From: the human T2T-CHM13v2.0 reference genome, Homo sapiens
Direction: 5' to 3' (one strand)
DNA length: 64,000 nt
Assembly (NCBI RefSeq): GCF_009914755.1
Contig: NC_060929.1
This document shows positions 59,041 to 64,000 of the stretch, one piece after another; position 1 is the stretch's first letter, and each line of letters starts with the position of its first letter. The notes beneath the pieces were generated by a model that was not told the origin of the DNA, searched no databases, and worked only from the letters and a program-made list of their open reading frames with translations. The position numbers and the translations under genes are program-made.

Positions 59041-59915
59041 AAAATCCAATGCAGGTCACATTAAATCAGTATATAAGTGAGCAAATAAGTAATTCAAACA
59101 TTAAAGCGTATGCCCTCAGTAACAATTCAGAAGTGGTGAGAGGGTGTAAGCCCTCCCTCGAAGGGTATTTCCACTTGCCTACATTTCCCTGCCTAAATGA
59201 TCTTTCCAGAATAGCCTCATGGCCCCCTGGCTCACTGCTCCCTGGTCTCTGTTGGCAGGTCGCCTCTTTGAAACATCCTCCCTAGCACCTCCTTCTTCTC
59301 CTCCTCCATCATTTTGCATCCTTGACTGTACTTTACTTTTCTTCATGGTGATTACTCTCTAGCATTGATAGGTGTTTTCTGTCTGCCCCACCAGAATGTG
59401 AGTTCCACAAGGGCAAGGTCTTTGGGCTTTTATGTCTGGGCAGCACTCTCCCCCAGATTCAGCTGGAAGCAGGCAATCCTTTTCATGCTAGACTCTCCAC
59501 CCTATACTTTGAGCACATACTAGATGTCAAAAAGCCCCTCAAAGTGAGGTTCCCTCTTCTCAGCCAAGGAAGGCTAATGATGAAATGGGATGATGAGCAG
59601 GGGCTAACGCTGCCCAAAAGAAAACTGCACCAGCAGTCCTAAAAACTTCCTCTCCCATCCCTAAATGATGTCAGAAATCCCTGGTTTGGCAATATGACAG
59701 CAGTGTCAATCCCTTCATCTACCTGGGCAGCTTTCCAGGTAAGCCTAGTCAATTATGGCGCAGCCCTGGAACAATTATGCATACCATGAAGAATGCAAGA
59801 CTGATTTGGCCTGTGTCTCATGTAACACAAAAGCTGTGCTACACTTTTGCAGTCCTCATATTCAAGTCCTCAGGGGGCCAAACTGTCATCTCACAGCATA
59901 AAATTAAAACCATAA

Positions 59916-60383
<468 letters not shown>

Positions 60384-60716
60384 TCAATCTTCATCACAAT
60401 CCTATTAGGTAAGTACTATTAATATTCCTATTAAGACATCAGAAAATGGAAACTTATGTAACTTGCCAAAAGTCACACAAGGGTAGAAAATTGCAAAGCC
60501 AGGATTCGAATCCAGAAGCCATCTGTTCAAGATAAAGACATCATAAATATTGGTTGTCATCTGGAAGTACACCAGTTAAACTACAACTGCACTTCCAACG
60601 CTATTGAAGGGGAACGCACTCTAAAGAGCTCACAGTTGGGAGTTGTGAACGGGAAGGAAATGGACTTTACTCATGCACAATTCCACGCTTATGACAGTTT
60701 GGGGTGCTTTTCTTAC

Positions 60717-60891
60717 TGCGTGCCAGGTAGATCCAGCCGTGAGCTCTGATTTCTCCAGCAGGACCACATCTTTCATCCCTGCTTTGGCCAGGTGATAAGC
60801 CAGACTCACACCAACACAGCCACCTCCAATTATCACTGTTTCTGCTCTGTCTTTCCATTGTGTTTCTGCAGATAAGGGTGGTTTTTCCTCT
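60717..60891 (-). CDS. DMGDH: DMGDH exon 2 (175 nt): FAD-binding GxGxxG motif and the covalent-FAD histidine
   Basis: ttccag|A GAG GAA AAA ... TGG CAC GCA|gtaaga; translates [58 protein letters not shown]. Confidence 0.97.
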
Positions 60892-61174
60892 CTGGAAGAG
60901 GGAAAGTTAAAATGGGAACTTCAATCGGCAATGGTAGCTATAGTTCTGGCCTAAAGCACTTCCCCTTACCCGTTTCTCTAGTACTTAACACCCACTGACT
61001 GAGATTTGCATGATACTGATTTAATAATTTGGAGCATCTAAACTGTGATTTAGGCAACCTGGTTGGGGGAGGGGTGTTTGAGCCCCATTCCATATAATGA
61101 TTCTGGTCCATTGTAGCTACTATAGCCAAAGAAATGAACAAGTAGCTTCTTTTTTTCAAAGAATCTAGAGAACA

Positions 61175-61475
<301 letters not shown>

Positions 61476-61499
61476 GATTTAAAATGGTACAGCTGTCTA

Positions 61500-63031
<1,532 letters not shown>

Positions 63032-63381
63032 TACATATATGTATATTATAATATGTATATTCTATGTGTGTACACATTTTAGAGTAAATTGTAGGTATCA
63101 TACCCAGTTACTTCTAAATATTCTTTTGCTAGTTTGGTAAGAAAAAGGACATTCTCTTACATAACAACAGTACAGTTTTCAAAGTCAAGAAATTTAACAT
63201 TGATATACTATTATCTATAGTCCATATTTAAATTTAATCAATTATTCCAATCAATTTATAGCTACTTTTTTCCAGTCAGAGATCAAATCCAGGATTCTGT
63301 CTCTTTAATCCCCTTTAATTTGGAACAGTTCCTAATACTTCCTTTGTGTTTTATGACCTTCACATTTTCGAAGAGTACTAG

Positions 63382-63697
<316 letters not shown>

Positions 63698-64000
63698 AGT
63701 ACTAGCCAGTTATTTTATAGAACAGTTCTTACTGTGAGTTTGTCTGGTGTTTCCTCATGATGAGACTTATGTTATGCATTTTTGGCAAAAACATCATGAA
63801 ACTGATGTTGACTCCTTCCCAGTGTATATGATTAAGAAGCGTATGATGTTGGTTTGTCCTGATATTGGTGTTGTTTCTGTCTGATGACTTGCTTAAGGTG
63901 GTGTCTGTCTGATTTGTCTAGTAAAGCTACCATTTTTTCCTTTGTATAAGTAATAATGTGAAGTGTTACTTTGAGACCATGTAAATATCCTGGTCCTTAT

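Overview
Human (primate) genomic DNA covering most of DMGDH (mitochondrial dimethylglycine dehydrogenase) on the minus strand. I traced 14 coding exons (conventional exons 2-15; 2,284 nt, about residues 34-795) by GT-AG boundaries, and they splice into one open frame. Exon 1 lies beyond position 64000 and the last exon lies before position 1. The introns are mostly transposon relics: more than 25 Alus, a complete two-LTR MST-family MaLR provirus in the gene's sense orientation, a three-level nest (L1PA inside a MER21-type LTR inside an old L1M), plus MLT1A, Tigger/MER8, MER5, L2, L3 and MIR pieces. Nearly all ORFs in the supplied track are spurious repeat or intron ORFs. I see no evidence of a new multi-gene system. 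The best leads are regulatory: (i) an in-frame alternative last exon in intron 14 giving a truncated protein ending DQNS...AIRPY; (ii) a 35/32-nt candidate poison micro-exon in intron 5 whose splice acceptor and donor base-pair with each other in a ~22-bp hairpin; (iii) two same-orientation CTCF motifs; (iv) inverted Alu pairs bracketing exon blocks; (v) a haplotype encoding Gly530 and Pro646. Repeat subfamily names and variant identities come from memory of consensus sequences, and repeat boundaries are approximate unless a target-site duplication (TSD) is quoted.
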